Shown here in pieces: positions 24,901-37,300 of a DNA stretch of 64,000 nt; the first letter of the stretch is position 1, and the number at the start of each line of letters is the position of its first letter. Source of the DNA: Macrostomum hystrix. Lineage: Eukaryota > Animalia > Platyhelminthes. The translations under genes and the position numbers were made by a program. Below the pieces are notes generated by a model. It was not told the origin of the DNA. It made no database searches and was given only the letters and a program-made list of their open reading frames with translations. The stretch lies in assembly GCA_950097015.1 (NCBI GenBank), contig CATNEN010000003.1:13826001-13890000 (forward strand). Direction: 5' to 3'.

Positions 24901-26529
24901 AGATCCTCAGGGTTTTGGATTAAGATATTATTTAGTTACGATTAACACCTCAGATCCTCAGATTGGGATTAGCAACGTATCAGATCCTAATGTTAGGATT
25001 AACACCTGAGATCCTCATGTTAGGATTAACACCTCAGATCCTAATGTTAGGATTAACACCTCAGATCCTCATGTTAGGATTAACACCTCAGATCCTCATG
25101 TTAGGATTAACACCTCAGATCCTCATGTTAGGATTAACACCTCAGATCCTCATGTTAGGATTAACACCTCAGATCCTCATGTTAGGATTAACACCTCAGA
25201 TCCTCGTGTTAGGATTAACACCTCAGATCCTCATGTTAGGATTAACACCTCAGATCCTCATGTTAGGATTAACACCTCAGATCCTCATGTTAGGATTAAC
25301 ACCTCAGATCCTCATGTTAGGATTAACACCTCAGATCCTCATGTTAGGATTAACACCTCAGATCCTCATGTTAGGATTAACACCTCAGATCCTCATGTTA
25401 GGATTAACACCTCAGATCCTCATGTTAGGATTAACACCTCAGATCCTCATGTTAGGATTAACACCTCAGATCCTTATGTTAGGATTAACACCTCAGATCC
25501 TCATGTTAGGATTAACACCTCAGATCCTCGTGTTAGGATTAACACCTGAGATCCTCATGTTAGGATTAACACCTCAGATCCTCATGTTAGGATTAACACC
25601 TCAGATCCTCATGTTAGGATTAACACCTCAGATCCTCATGTTAGGATTAACACCTCAGATCCTCATGTTAGGATTAACACCTGAGATCCTCGTGTTAGGA
25701 TTAACACCTCAGATCCTCATGTTAGGATTAACACCTGAGATCCTCGTGTTAGGATTAACGACGTATTAGATCCTCATGTTAGGATTAGCACTGTGCCAGA
25801 TTCTTAGTTTGGTATAAATTAATAATAATAATAACTATTAAAACAGTGGTCAATCTTTATACTGATGTCTTATGATAATAATATAATAATAATTGCAGGA
25901 GGGCTGCGGGCAATGGCACATCCTTTGATGACACTAGACCCGCACCCAGCGAGGAGGCAATTCTGCCCATTTCGCTGACTCCTGAGCACACACGCACCAC
26001 ACAGATACTGTACGCAGGCACACGCTCACACAGGTGTGTACATCTGCCCTGACTTTCTCATCGTCAGGCAGTGTACACTCTCACTGTGCCTTGGAGGTTG
26101 GCCCTCAAGGGCGTAATTGCACTACAAGCCCCCAAGTCTTCTCTCCGCGGCTGCGCCCCAAATGAATGTGGCCTCGCCGTGGAATCGAACTCGGGGACCT
26201 TGGCGCGAGAGGCAAACGCGTTAACCGCTCTGCCACCGAGCCTTGTTATTAATTATTAATTACGGGTCTAGTACCCATATAAAAACTTTAACAATGGCAA
26301 AATCTAATTCATAAGCGTTCTAAGCGTTTTCATCCCTTTTCAAACAATCATTTAGCATCCGGCCTGTCATTACAAGCGCGGCATTGCAAGCATCGGTGTC
26401 GGTGGTGTCAGCGGAGTTGTCGGCAACAGCGGTAGCGGCAGTCGGCCCTTGTTGAAGTTGGTAATGTTGCGCTCTAGTTCACCTACTAATAGTAGCGACG
26501 ATTGTCAATCGGAGGAGGAAATATTTTAA
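21953..26529 (+). CDS. Four-pass membrane protein, CD20/MS4A/sarcospan-like, with two candidate terminal exons
   Basis: Exons 21953-22507, 22605-22661, 22749-23069 (all phase 0, GT-AG), then either 24456-24494 or 26356-26529. Four hydrophobic segments: LLLGWAQLVLGLIGCAIG; FGFPLWCSVSMIISSILALW; LLNLGLLCLGLILLVVSWV; ALNAVLLIVSWLLVLACVLC. Confidence 0.7.
23200..24082. repeat. 20-bp pyrimidine-rich minisatellite
   Basis: Unit tctttctaacctctcgtcta, >40 copies. Confidence 0.95.
24940..25790. repeat. 27-bp minisatellite
   Basis: Unit cagatcctcatgttaggattaacacct, ~30 near-identical copies. Confidence 0.97.
25875..26242 (-). mobile_element. tRNA-derived SINE, family B, apparently full length
   Basis: Minus strand begins ggctcggtggcagagcggttaacgcg (A box) ... 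gagttcgattcc (B box), ~300 nt GC-rich body, (ATT)n tail at ~25875-25893. Confidence 0.8.
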
Positions 26530-28324
26530 AATCAGTAATTCATATAGGAAGCAATAATTATTAAATCTATAGTAACTAATTCTTATAGTGTTTAGTAGTA
26601 TTAGTTAAAATCACAAAGTTTTATGACTGTATTGCACTGGCTTGATTTTTGTGTTTATCGTTAAATATTTTTTAGTATTGTGTCATAAATTTTCTTTTTT
26701 AAACTAAATTAGGATATTCGCTGGCTTTGTTTCCTACATTAGTCTAGTCAAAGGTTCTTTTGTTTGCTTTATAAAATAGCGACTATTTAAAATATTTCGT
26801 TTTTTATCTTGCTAGTAATGTAAAGTAAAGTCATGCTAAACTCTTAATCTAAGGTTTTTTATATTTGATGACGAAATTTTATGGACTGCAAAAACCCATT
26901 ACGTGCTACTTACAGTTTGCGCAGTAAGTAGCTTGTACGCGTTTTTCATTTTACTCATATTTCCGCGTGAAAATAGTCATCCGTCGTGTTTTTGTATCTC
27001 TTTATTTCTTATTTTCGACCGAGAAACTTTTCCTATGCATAATTTTGTAAAATGCAAATAAAAATCAATAATATAAGCAATTATTTTATGCATTGTTGTA
27101 TCATTTTCGTTTGGTATTTTTTTACGCAAAGTGTTCAATTTTAAGTATCTTTCTCTCTCTCTCGCTTCTGATTTACAATATTATCGGTTACTGTCCTAAA
27201 TTGTGTTTTCATTGCCAAACTGGCTTTAATATTGTGCAAAAATAAATATTAGTGAGCAGGTAATATCCATTGCTGTGCCCATGTTTTCACATTTAGCTTC
27301 TGTGCAATCCTGGTAGTTTTTGTCTATATTTTTAGTACACATTTTTTGTTTTGTTCTTTCATTCGACCGAAGATATTTTTTAATTCTGTTGAAGTGTTTT
27401 TCTAGTTGTTTAGTTTAAATTTGAACTACTGTACTCGTTTCATACTACTAAAGAACGGTTAGTCAGTAGGTAAATCTGGCTTGAGGCAAGGTTGAATTCC
27501 AAATGTACTTTAATCGATAACTTTCTCTAGTTCTATCACTGTGTTTCTGGATCTTTCATTTTCAGCCGTTTTTTTTGTAAACATTTCAATTTTAACCCGT
27601 GTGTATTTTCTAAGCAATTATAAAACTGTTTGTGTCTGTTTTGTTTTTGCATCTTCAGTTTTAATTTCGATCAACTTTATCGATCCGACGCACTCACAAA
27701 AATGCTTACTGTCCACATTGCACAAACTTTGACACGGTTATTTTAATGTTATCGAAATTGATTGCAATAGCTTATTATTTATACGCGAGCGTACTTCTGT
27801 TATATGCTGAATTATCTGGAAAATAAATTGCATATTACATTTGTTTCGTTTGTTTTATTTACTGTGCTTGGCAAAGACAAGCTGTTTTCATTGTTTCTTA
27901 CTATGCTACGACTGTATAGAAAATAGATCGATACTTCCGCTACTGGAACACTTCTTCTAGAACACTTCTTCTAGAACACTTCAGCTTCTGGAACACTTCT
28001 TCTAGAACACTTCAGCTTCTGGAACACTTCTTCTAGAACACTTCAGCTTCTGGAACACTTCTTCTAAAAGCTCATTTTATATCTTTTAAGTTATTATAAC
28101 AATTTCCAAATGTAACTACGTTGATCAAAATATTTTGTGTTCGCATCTTGTTGTAAAAGAATATGCCCTTTTGCGTTTAATCTTTATTTAAAAAGTAATT
28201 AGTCAATATTTTATTGCAGAAAACCATAGAAACGCTAAACAAGCTTGCAACAAAAGTTAGGGGAAAACGATAAGCTTTTGTGAGCAAACAAGCAAAGCTC
28301 ATCGCATACAAAAGAAAACTTACA

Positions 28325-31300
28325 ATGAGCTCCGGTGTTGGCAACAATGGGCATGACATTGTGACCGCAGTCCCATCCACCTCACTTAACTGGGAACTAT
28401 TGGCCGGCCTGCGTTTAGACGCCAGCCAATCACAGCGACACAAGGCTACCGTCTATTTTGAAGAGTTGCGCAACCAACCAAACGGTTGGCTAGTGTGCGC
28501 CAGATTATTGTTGGAATCTAATTCTACTGGGGGACTGCAGCATCAGCAGGCAGCCGCCGGAATCGATGACAATGTCAAGTACTTCTGCTTGCAGGTAATA
28601 CTCTACTCTCTCACTAATCCTCACTCTACTCTCCCCAATTTTCACTCTACTCTCCCTCCCCAATCTTCACTCTACTCTCTCCCCAATCTTCACTCTACTC
28701 TCTCTCTTCAATCTTCACTATACTCTCTCTCCTCAATCTTCACTCTACTCTCTCTCCCCAATCTTCACTCTACTCTCTCCCCAATCTCCACTCTACTCTC
28801 TCACCAATCCTCACTCTACTCTCCCCAATCTTCACTCTACTCTCTCTCCTCAATCTTCACTCTACTCTCTCTGCTCAATCTTCACTCTACTCTCCACAAT
28901 CTTCACTCTACTCTCTCTCCTCAATCTTCACTCTACTCTCCTCAATCTTCACTCTACTCTCTCTCCTCAATCTTCACTCTACTCTCCACAATCTTCACTC
29001 TACTCTCTCTCGCCAATCTTCACTCTACTCTCTCTCCACAATCTTCACTTTACTCTCTCCCCAATCTTCACTCTACTCTCTTCACAATCTTCACTCTACT
29101 CTCTACGTATCTTCTATATGTGTTGGTGTACACTTATTGAAAACTGAAAATTCTCATGCCAATTCCAAGGTAATCGAACACTACCTGCGCGGTGGTTACA
29201 AAGACAACAGCGGACCTGAGCAGCACGCTCAGGTCAGGCAGTTTCTCTCCGGTTGGTCAGGAAATTTTATCAACGGCAACGCCGAAGAGAAGACATTTGT
29301 GCGCAATAAAGTGGCGCAATTGTATTCTCTGGCGTTTGTTGTGGATTATCCGCAGAGATGGCCCAGCTTTATTGAAGATCTGACCGCCACGCTAGCCTAT
29401 GGAGATAGGTTAGTGACCTCGTTCTGTTTTGAGACTAAGCCAGTAGCGTATAAAGAGGAGGCAATGTGAGATTAGGACTGATATCTTAGGATAATAAAGA
29501 CTGATTAGGATAAAGACCGGTTAGGATAAATACCGGTTAGGATAAAGACCGGTTAGGATAAAAATCGGTTAGGATAAAGACCGGTTAGTATAAAGACCGG
29601 TTAGGATAAAGACCGTTTAGGATAAAAACCGGTAAGGATAAAGACCGGGAAAGATAAAACAGAGCCATGGGAGGATAAAGACCGGTAAGGATAAAGACCG
29701 GGAAAGATAAAACGGAGACATGGGAGGATAAAGACCGGTGAGTCCAGAGACCAGAGGGGATAAAGACCGGTAACGACCGTTTCTTATTGTCACAATTGTC
29801 TAAAAAAAGAAGAAAAAACCAAAACTTTCAGAGCCGTGGACCTATTTCTGCGCATCCTCCTGGCCATCGATGGTGACGTAGTCGATCGCGAGATACCGCA
29901 CACGGCCGAAGAGAACATTCGCAATGCAGCCATCAAAGATCGAATGCGTGAGACCTGTTTTGTGCCGCCAAATGCCATCGGGGCCTATCCGAATAGTAGA
30001 TCGGCTTCTACCCAGTTAGATGACGTCTGGTATTGGATTTTAACGTCTGGCCGAGTTCGCAGCGATCTAGTCTGCCTCTGTCTAGACGTTGTGGCACTGT
30101 ACGCATCCTGGATCGATATCAGCTTATTGGCTAATCAACGCTATGCGGATGTGTTTCTAGCGTTAATGAATCAGTCGCTATGCCGTGAATCTGTGTGCGC
30201 CTGTCTAAGCGCCCTAGTTGCTAAGGGCATGCCGCCAGAGTCCAAAATAGAATTAGTTGAATCCTATGCCGAACTGTTGCGCGGCACCGGATTGATGGAG
30301 CCAACGGATGACGAATCTAGCGATTATCTATCTAGCCTGGGTAAACTAATTGGCTCGCTTGGATTGCAGCTGGTGCGCTGCTATGCTAAATTGTATCCGC
30401 CTAATCAACAGATAGAACCGCCGCAACAATTGGAACAGCGGCAACGGCTGATTCGATGCATTGAAGCTAAGCTGCCATTGGCTATTCGGTTGCTTGGTGA
30501 GGCTTATTATTATTAGTTACTGATTAATTAATATGCAAAAGTTCCATTTAAATTGCAAGTATTTGCTTTTGTTCATAAAAACAGCCCTTTTTAGGGACGA
30601 TTTCACAACGAATATACGCTGTACGCAATACTCTACTGACAATAGAACGCGTAACATAGGACGGTTATTTAGAAAAATTAATAAATATTACTTATTTATT
30701 AAAGACAGTGATTAAACCTCCTTATAGCACCCACCACCTCACAACACCCGTTAAAAACGATGTACTTCTGTCTTGACCGCAGCGTTCTTTAGATAAAATG
30801 TACTTTTGAAACGGCCCTTTTTAGGGTTATTTTTGTCTGTTCCTATATTATTCGACGAACACTTATTAATTCAACAGGCAACGAAGACGACGACGTTTCG
30901 CACTCTGTGCTAGACTTCTGTCAAGAATACGTCGGCCTATTAAAATCGATGCGCTGCGGATTAAACGCTTCTGCGTCGGCTGAACGGCCTCGCTCGGACG
31001 CCATTGAAAATGGCGACTGTTGGATTCGTCAGCTACTTGGCACAGTGATCGCCAAACTGCAACTGGACGAATCGTACGACGCCGAGTCGCCAGGCGAAGA
31101 GGAGGCTATGTTTGACGAATATAGGCGAGATTTGAAAATTCTATTCGGCAATTTAGTTGCACTGGACGGGCCTATGGTGTTGTCAACCTGTTCCCAATTT
31201 GTGGCACACCTGCTGCCTAATTGGCAATCGGTTGGGCCGGCTCGTACTGAGGTTGCCGTCTACCTTTTGCACCTGTTGGGCGAGTTTTTGCCGGTTAGTG

Positions 31301-34300
31301 TACTTTTGCTATAGTCTGGATTCTGATCAAATTTGGACAATTGTATCGCTTTTTTTTCTTTGGGTTATAACGCGTAAAGTGTCCAATTTGAGGGAAAATG
31401 TGTAAAGAAAGGAATGTTAATGGAAAAATAGGGGAAGAGAATGGGAAAATAGGGGAAAAGAATGGGAAAATTGGGGAAGAGAATGGGAAAATTGGGGAAA
31501 TGAATGGGAAAATAGGGGAAGAGAATGGGAAAATTGGGGAAATGAATGGGAAAATAGGGGAAGAGAATGGGAAAATTGGGGAAATGAATGGGAAAATAGG
31601 GGAAGAGAATGGGAAAATTGGGGAAGAGAATGGGAAAATAGGGGAAGAGAATGGGAAAATAGGGGAAGAGAATGGGAAAATTGGGGAAATGAATGGGAAA
31701 ATAGGGGAAGAGAATGGGAAAATAGGGGAAGAGAATGGGAAAATAGGGGAAGAGAATGGGAAAATTGGGGAAGAGAATGGGAAAATTGGGGAAATGAATG
31801 GGAAAATAGGGGAAGAGAATGGGAAAATTGGGGAAATGAATGGGAAAATAGGGGAAACTAATTGGAAAGGGAGAAAGTAGATGAAAGTTCCGAGTTCAGA
31901 AAGTAGATAAAAGTAGAAATTAGAAAGTAGGCAAAGCTAATGGGAACATAGGGGCAGATAGGAAAACATGGAGGAAAATGGAGAATTGATATTTTATATA
32001 ATCAGTTTGGGAAGACAAATCAAAGAGTGTCAGTTTAAGTAGGAATTTTCTTCTATTACTTCTTTTTCAGCCAAGCAAATCAGGCGATCATTTCGTTAGC
32101 GGCAACGGTAACAATAGTAACTCCGGCGGCAATGAGCAATCGACTCTATTTACTGAGATGCTAGTCAACCTAGTGACTAGCCAGGTGTCCCGATGTCCAC
32201 ATCCGCTGGTGTCGTTGCGCTATTTCGAAACCGTTGTTCGATACGAAAAGTTTTTTGTGCACAATACGCAATTTGTGCCTGAAGTCTTAGTGAGTGACAT
32301 TTTTTAGAGTTTTTTTCACGGATTGTATTTCTTGCTGCAGTTACTAATTAGATTTTAGGATTAGAAACTTCAGGGGATTTGATTTTAGGATTAGAAACTT
32401 CAGGGGATTTGATTTTAGGATTAGAAACTTCAGGGGATTTGATTTTAGGATTAGAAACTTCAGGGGATTTGATTTTAGGATTAGAAACTTCAGGGGATTT
32501 GATTTTAGGATTAGAAACTTCAGGGGATTTGATTTTAGGATTAGAAACTTCAGGGGATTTGATTTTAGGATTAGAAACTTCAGTGGATTTGATTTTAGGA
32601 TTAGAAACTTCAGGGGATTTGATGTTAGGATTGCAAAATTCAGGGGATTTGATTTTAGGATTAGAAACTTCAGGGGATTTGATTTTAGGATTGCAAAATT
32701 CAGGGGATTTGATTTGAAGGATGGAATAATTCATGGGATTTCAATGTACACCTTGTAGGATTGAATAATTCAGGAAATTTGAGTTTAAGCATGGGAGAGT
32801 TCATGGGATTTGAGTTTAAGGATAATTTAATGGATTGCTTGGAAATAATCTCCTTCAATAACAGATGTCCTTCCTAGACGAGCGAGGCCTTCAGAGTCCA
32901 AATCTGATGGTGCGATCTCGTGTTAGCTATCTGCTGTCTCGATTTGTCAAATGTCACAAGTGAGTATTTGTCCTTCTTGGATTGTTGTTATTAATTATAC
33001 TATACATTTAGGATTTCTTTAAAATGCTAGAATCAGTTAAAAAGCTACTATCCTAAAATGCTACTAGCAGTAGAAAGACCGTGTTCTCGATTTTCATGGC
33101 GATTGGTTGAATATTTTGGGAGAATAAAAAAATAAATGCCTGAATTACTTGATTGCTAATATTCAGGCATCAGTTGCGTGGCTATACAGAGGAGATACTA
33201 GCCAAACTGCAGTCTCTCCTGAGGCCGCGACATGTCAGTCTGTCAGCTTCTACTCCAACTAGCGACAATGCCGGCGATGCAGCTGTCAATCAACCAATCA
33301 GCGATGCTGGCGACGACGATAATCCGCCGCTAGCGCCGTCTGATCAGATGTTCCTTTTTGAATCGGCCGCCCTATTGATTGTGTCTAGCAGTGCTGAGCC
33401 GCAGCAGAAAAGGGCTCTATTTGAAGCTATGCTGAGTCCATTGTTGCAGCAGGTAAATTGCTTGAGTTTTCTTAACTACTTTACTTCAATGTTTTTACAG
33501 TAAATCGGATTCTAGAAACACACAATAGGCATCCGTTTGGCTGTTAGGATATTATAATGCAAATCCCATCACTGTTGCACTAACGGAGCTTTGTTGATGA
33601 TGACTGAGCTGTAGTCTTTGTTGGTGATGACGGAGCTGTAGTCTTTGTTGGTGATGACGGAGCTGTAGTCTTTGTTGGTGATGACGGAGCTGTAGTCTTT
33701 GTTGGTGATGACGGAGCTGTAGTCTTTGTTGGTGATGACGGAGCTGTAGTCTTTGTTGGTGATGACGGAGCTGTAGTCTTTGTTGGTGATGACGGAGCTG
33801 TGCTCCTGTAGTCTTTGTTGGTGATGACAGAGCTGTGCTCCTGTAGTCTTTGTTGGTGATGAAGGAGCTGTGCTGCTGTAGTCTTTGTTGGTGATGACTG
33901 AGCTGTAGCCCTCTCTCCGCGGCTTAACGCCAAATTACTGTGTTTGTACCATAGAACATTCGCTTCTTGTCTTGTCATGCCAAATAACGACCTAATTTCA
34001 CCCGCCGTCGCTAGGTAAGCCGCCTAGTAACCGAGCTTCCACAGCAACCAGACGAGGCTAGCCAATTAGCTTACGCCGAATGCGCCAAATGCAACATTGA
34101 ATTTGTCTCCCGCGCCTCCAAAGCGTTCAGCGTCGGCGCCACCATGGCCGACAACGGCTGCGCTGAGCCGTTCGCTCAGCTAACCGGAGCTTTCCTGGAA
34201 GCGCTGGGCCTGCCAGACTGGGTTGCCGGGCGAGGCAGGATTTGCACAGCGGTTCGCGGCTACCTGCATCGCATGGTCATCTGTTTGGATGCCGGAGTAC

Positions 34301-37300
34301 TGCCTTACATACCAATGGCTGCTCAGCAGTTGTTGAGATCACCCGATGCTCAGGTTTGTTGAAAATTCGCCACCTGTGGACAGTTATTGATAAAATTATT
34401 TCTCTGTGACGCATTTATATTAATTGCGGTCATAATCTGTACTATGAGCATTTTAGTTCGATATTTAGGTCATTAGCTTTGTCTATGAGAATTTTAGTTC
34501 GATAATTAGGTCATTAGCTGTGGCTATAGGTATTTTTAGTTCGATATTTAGGTCATGAGTCATAGGCTGTGAATCTAGTTAAGGTAATAAATTGTCCATA
34601 TCATAATATATTTATTAAGGCATTAGCAGTCTTCCAACTTGACACCATAAACTTGTCAGGATCTGCACGATTTCTACGCTCTACTTGGCCAGCTAGTGCC
34701 GAAATTCAAGTCCGAATTGTTGCCATTCCTGGCTAGCTTGCTGCCTCCGCTGATGCAGGCGACTATGACCGCTCTTGGTCAGCTGGGCGCTCAGCCGTCT
34801 CGCGATCCTGGCTCAGCTGGTCCATTGCGCAAAGCTTATCTAGCATTCCTGGCCTGCCTGTGCTCAAATCAGTTGGCTGCTGCGATTCTTTGCCAACCGT
34901 ATGACTGTCTGCGGTGTGCCCTGGCCAGCCTGACTGGCGTGGTTGCGCCCGATGGCTCGTTGGCAGACGATGCCGCAACTTGTCGAGCCGCTATTGGCTG
35001 CGCTAAAGGTTTAGCTTTAGCTACGTCTGATTCTGATTGGCCAGCCGGTGCTAGCGTTGGAAGACAGGCTTTTTTAGCCGAATTTCTATTGGCCAGTCTT
35101 CGAGCGCCAATCGGAAGCGTCGATTTGAGAGAGGCGCAGACTGCACTGTTTTTAAACGATTTGGGCGCTTTTCTTGTTGCTCTAAAACAGTCAGCGGTGA
35201 GTAATTTCTTTGACAACACACCCACCACCCCATAACACCCACCCCAAAATACCATCCACCCAAAGCACCCACCACCGCATAGCTCAACTCCATTACACCC
35301 ACCACCCCATAGCACAACCCCATTCCCGTGTGGCCATCTGATCAGGTTTTTCGCCCGGTAGGCGATCGGGATTTTTGCCCGGTTTGTAATACATTTTTTC
35401 CTATCTAAAAACCCGAAAATCCTCGGGAAAGTGGTCTCGAAAACGGACGAAGACGGCAGTTTCGTCTGGTTGTTCGTCAGGAATTTCGTAGAGGACATCA
35501 GGTATTTTCTCGGGTTTCTCTTCGGCTACTCAAACTGATGAGTACCCTGAATAAAACCCGACAAATGACCGGATGAAAGTGCAATAGCAGAACCCGGCAA
35601 ATAACCGGGGCAAAATCAGACTAAAACCTAACGAAAGCGACACGACGACCCAACCGGACGAATATCCGGAGCAAAATCAGACAAAAACCTAACGAAAGCG
35701 ACACGACGACCCAACCGGACGAATATCCGGAGCAAAATCAGACTAAAACCTAACGAAAGCGACACGACGACCCAACCGGACGAATATCCGGAGCAAAATC
35801 AGACTAAAACCTAACGAAAGCGACACGACGACCCAACCGGACGAATATCCGGAGCAAAATCAGACTAAAACCTAACGAAAGCGACACGACGACCCAACCG
35901 GACGAATATCCGGAGCAAAATCAGACAAAAACCTAACGAAAGCGACACGACGACCCAACCGGACGAATATCCGGAGCAAAATCAGACAAAAACCTAACGA
36001 AAGCGACACGACGACCCAACCGGACGAATATCCGGAGCAAAATCAGACTAAAACCTAACGAAAGCGACACGACGACCCAACCGGACGAATATCCGGAGCA
36101 AAATCAGACTAAAACCTAACGAAAGCGACACGACGACCCAACCGGACGAATATCTGGAGCAAAATCAGACTAAAACCTAACGAAAGCGACACGACGATCA
36201 AACCGGACGAAAAACCCTGCATCCTTATCGAATTGTGTCTACTCTCGGAAATATGTAGTGCCGACTTAGTAAAACATGTACAGTGCGCTTCTGTCAACGG
36301 ATACCGTGAAGAGTAAAGAAGTAAGACGATTGTCAGTTAGTGTTTATACAAACTATGTAACGTTCCATCTTGCAATTCATCAAACTGTTCCAAATCACCT
36401 ACAAGATCAATATACTCCTCTGTTTTTTTATTCCAAAGATATTGTCGAATACAGTCAGTAGGCGCATAGTCGCTAGTCATCTAGGCGCATAAATGCGGGA
36501 ATTTAAAATCACTTCTGACTGGCCAAAAGTATGTTCAGAAAGTCGCCGCAGCTGACTGTGCCGTCCATGGCGCTCTGATCGTCGTCCCCCTCCAGATGCC
36601 GCATTTCGACCTCTCTGGCATCTCCGGCGTCACCGTCGTCATAGGCGTCATTGGCGTCAGATGCAGCTGTTGTATTCGAGAGGGTTGGCTGACAGACTTC
36701 GCGGCTCTGAGCAGAGTCAGCGGAGTCTATAATGACGACTGTTGTGGCCTTCGGCTTTGGCGGTTTCGGCTGCTTCCACTGGGGGGGAGGAGCGGAGCGC
36801 GTTGGGAGTTCCAGTCTCTGCCGCGCAGTCGCAGTGCATTGCGTGAACGCCTGACTTAGACTGTCGGCAGTGCACTGCACCCCGGCGTTCGCGAGCCACA
36901 CACGTACTGCAGCCAATTTTCCCGGGTTTGCGGGTGAAGATGTGGCCTGACCGGGCGCCTTGCGCCCGGACAGTGTGCAGCAGGCGAACTCCCTGTCCGT
37001 GAAGACGGCACGCAGGGCAGCTCGGAGAAATGCCAGCGTCACAGACTTTCGGAGTGCAGTAAGTTTTGCGTCCTCGCCATCCTGTTTGGCTGGCACTTTT
37101 TTGTAGGCTTCTAGCCGATCTTCCGCATCGTGCCGCTTATTCAAAGCTACCTTAACGAAGCCCTGCTGCTCAGAGAATGGCACAAGAGAAGCAGCTGTTA
37201 GGTCAACGTTCGGCGTGGCGGCGTCGCAGGCATCTTTCAGAGCGCGCGTCTGCGCTGCGGACAAGCTCTGCGTTACAGTGAAGGACATGGCGTCCTGCCT

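Noticed and set aside
24940-25790. Regular 27-bp repeat resembling a CRISPR array or a repeat protein (268-aa ORF)
   Set aside because: Head-to-tail identical units with no unique spacers; eukaryotic context; no cas genes.
31398-33978. Repetitive ORFs (GKIGEEN, LGLETSGD, SSPTKTTAP)
   Set aside because: All lie in XPOT introns and are minisatellite translations.
35611-36210. 61-bp repeat as a possible CRISPR-like or RNA-gene array
   Set aside because: No variable spacers; its position next to the TIR fits CACTA subterminal repeats.
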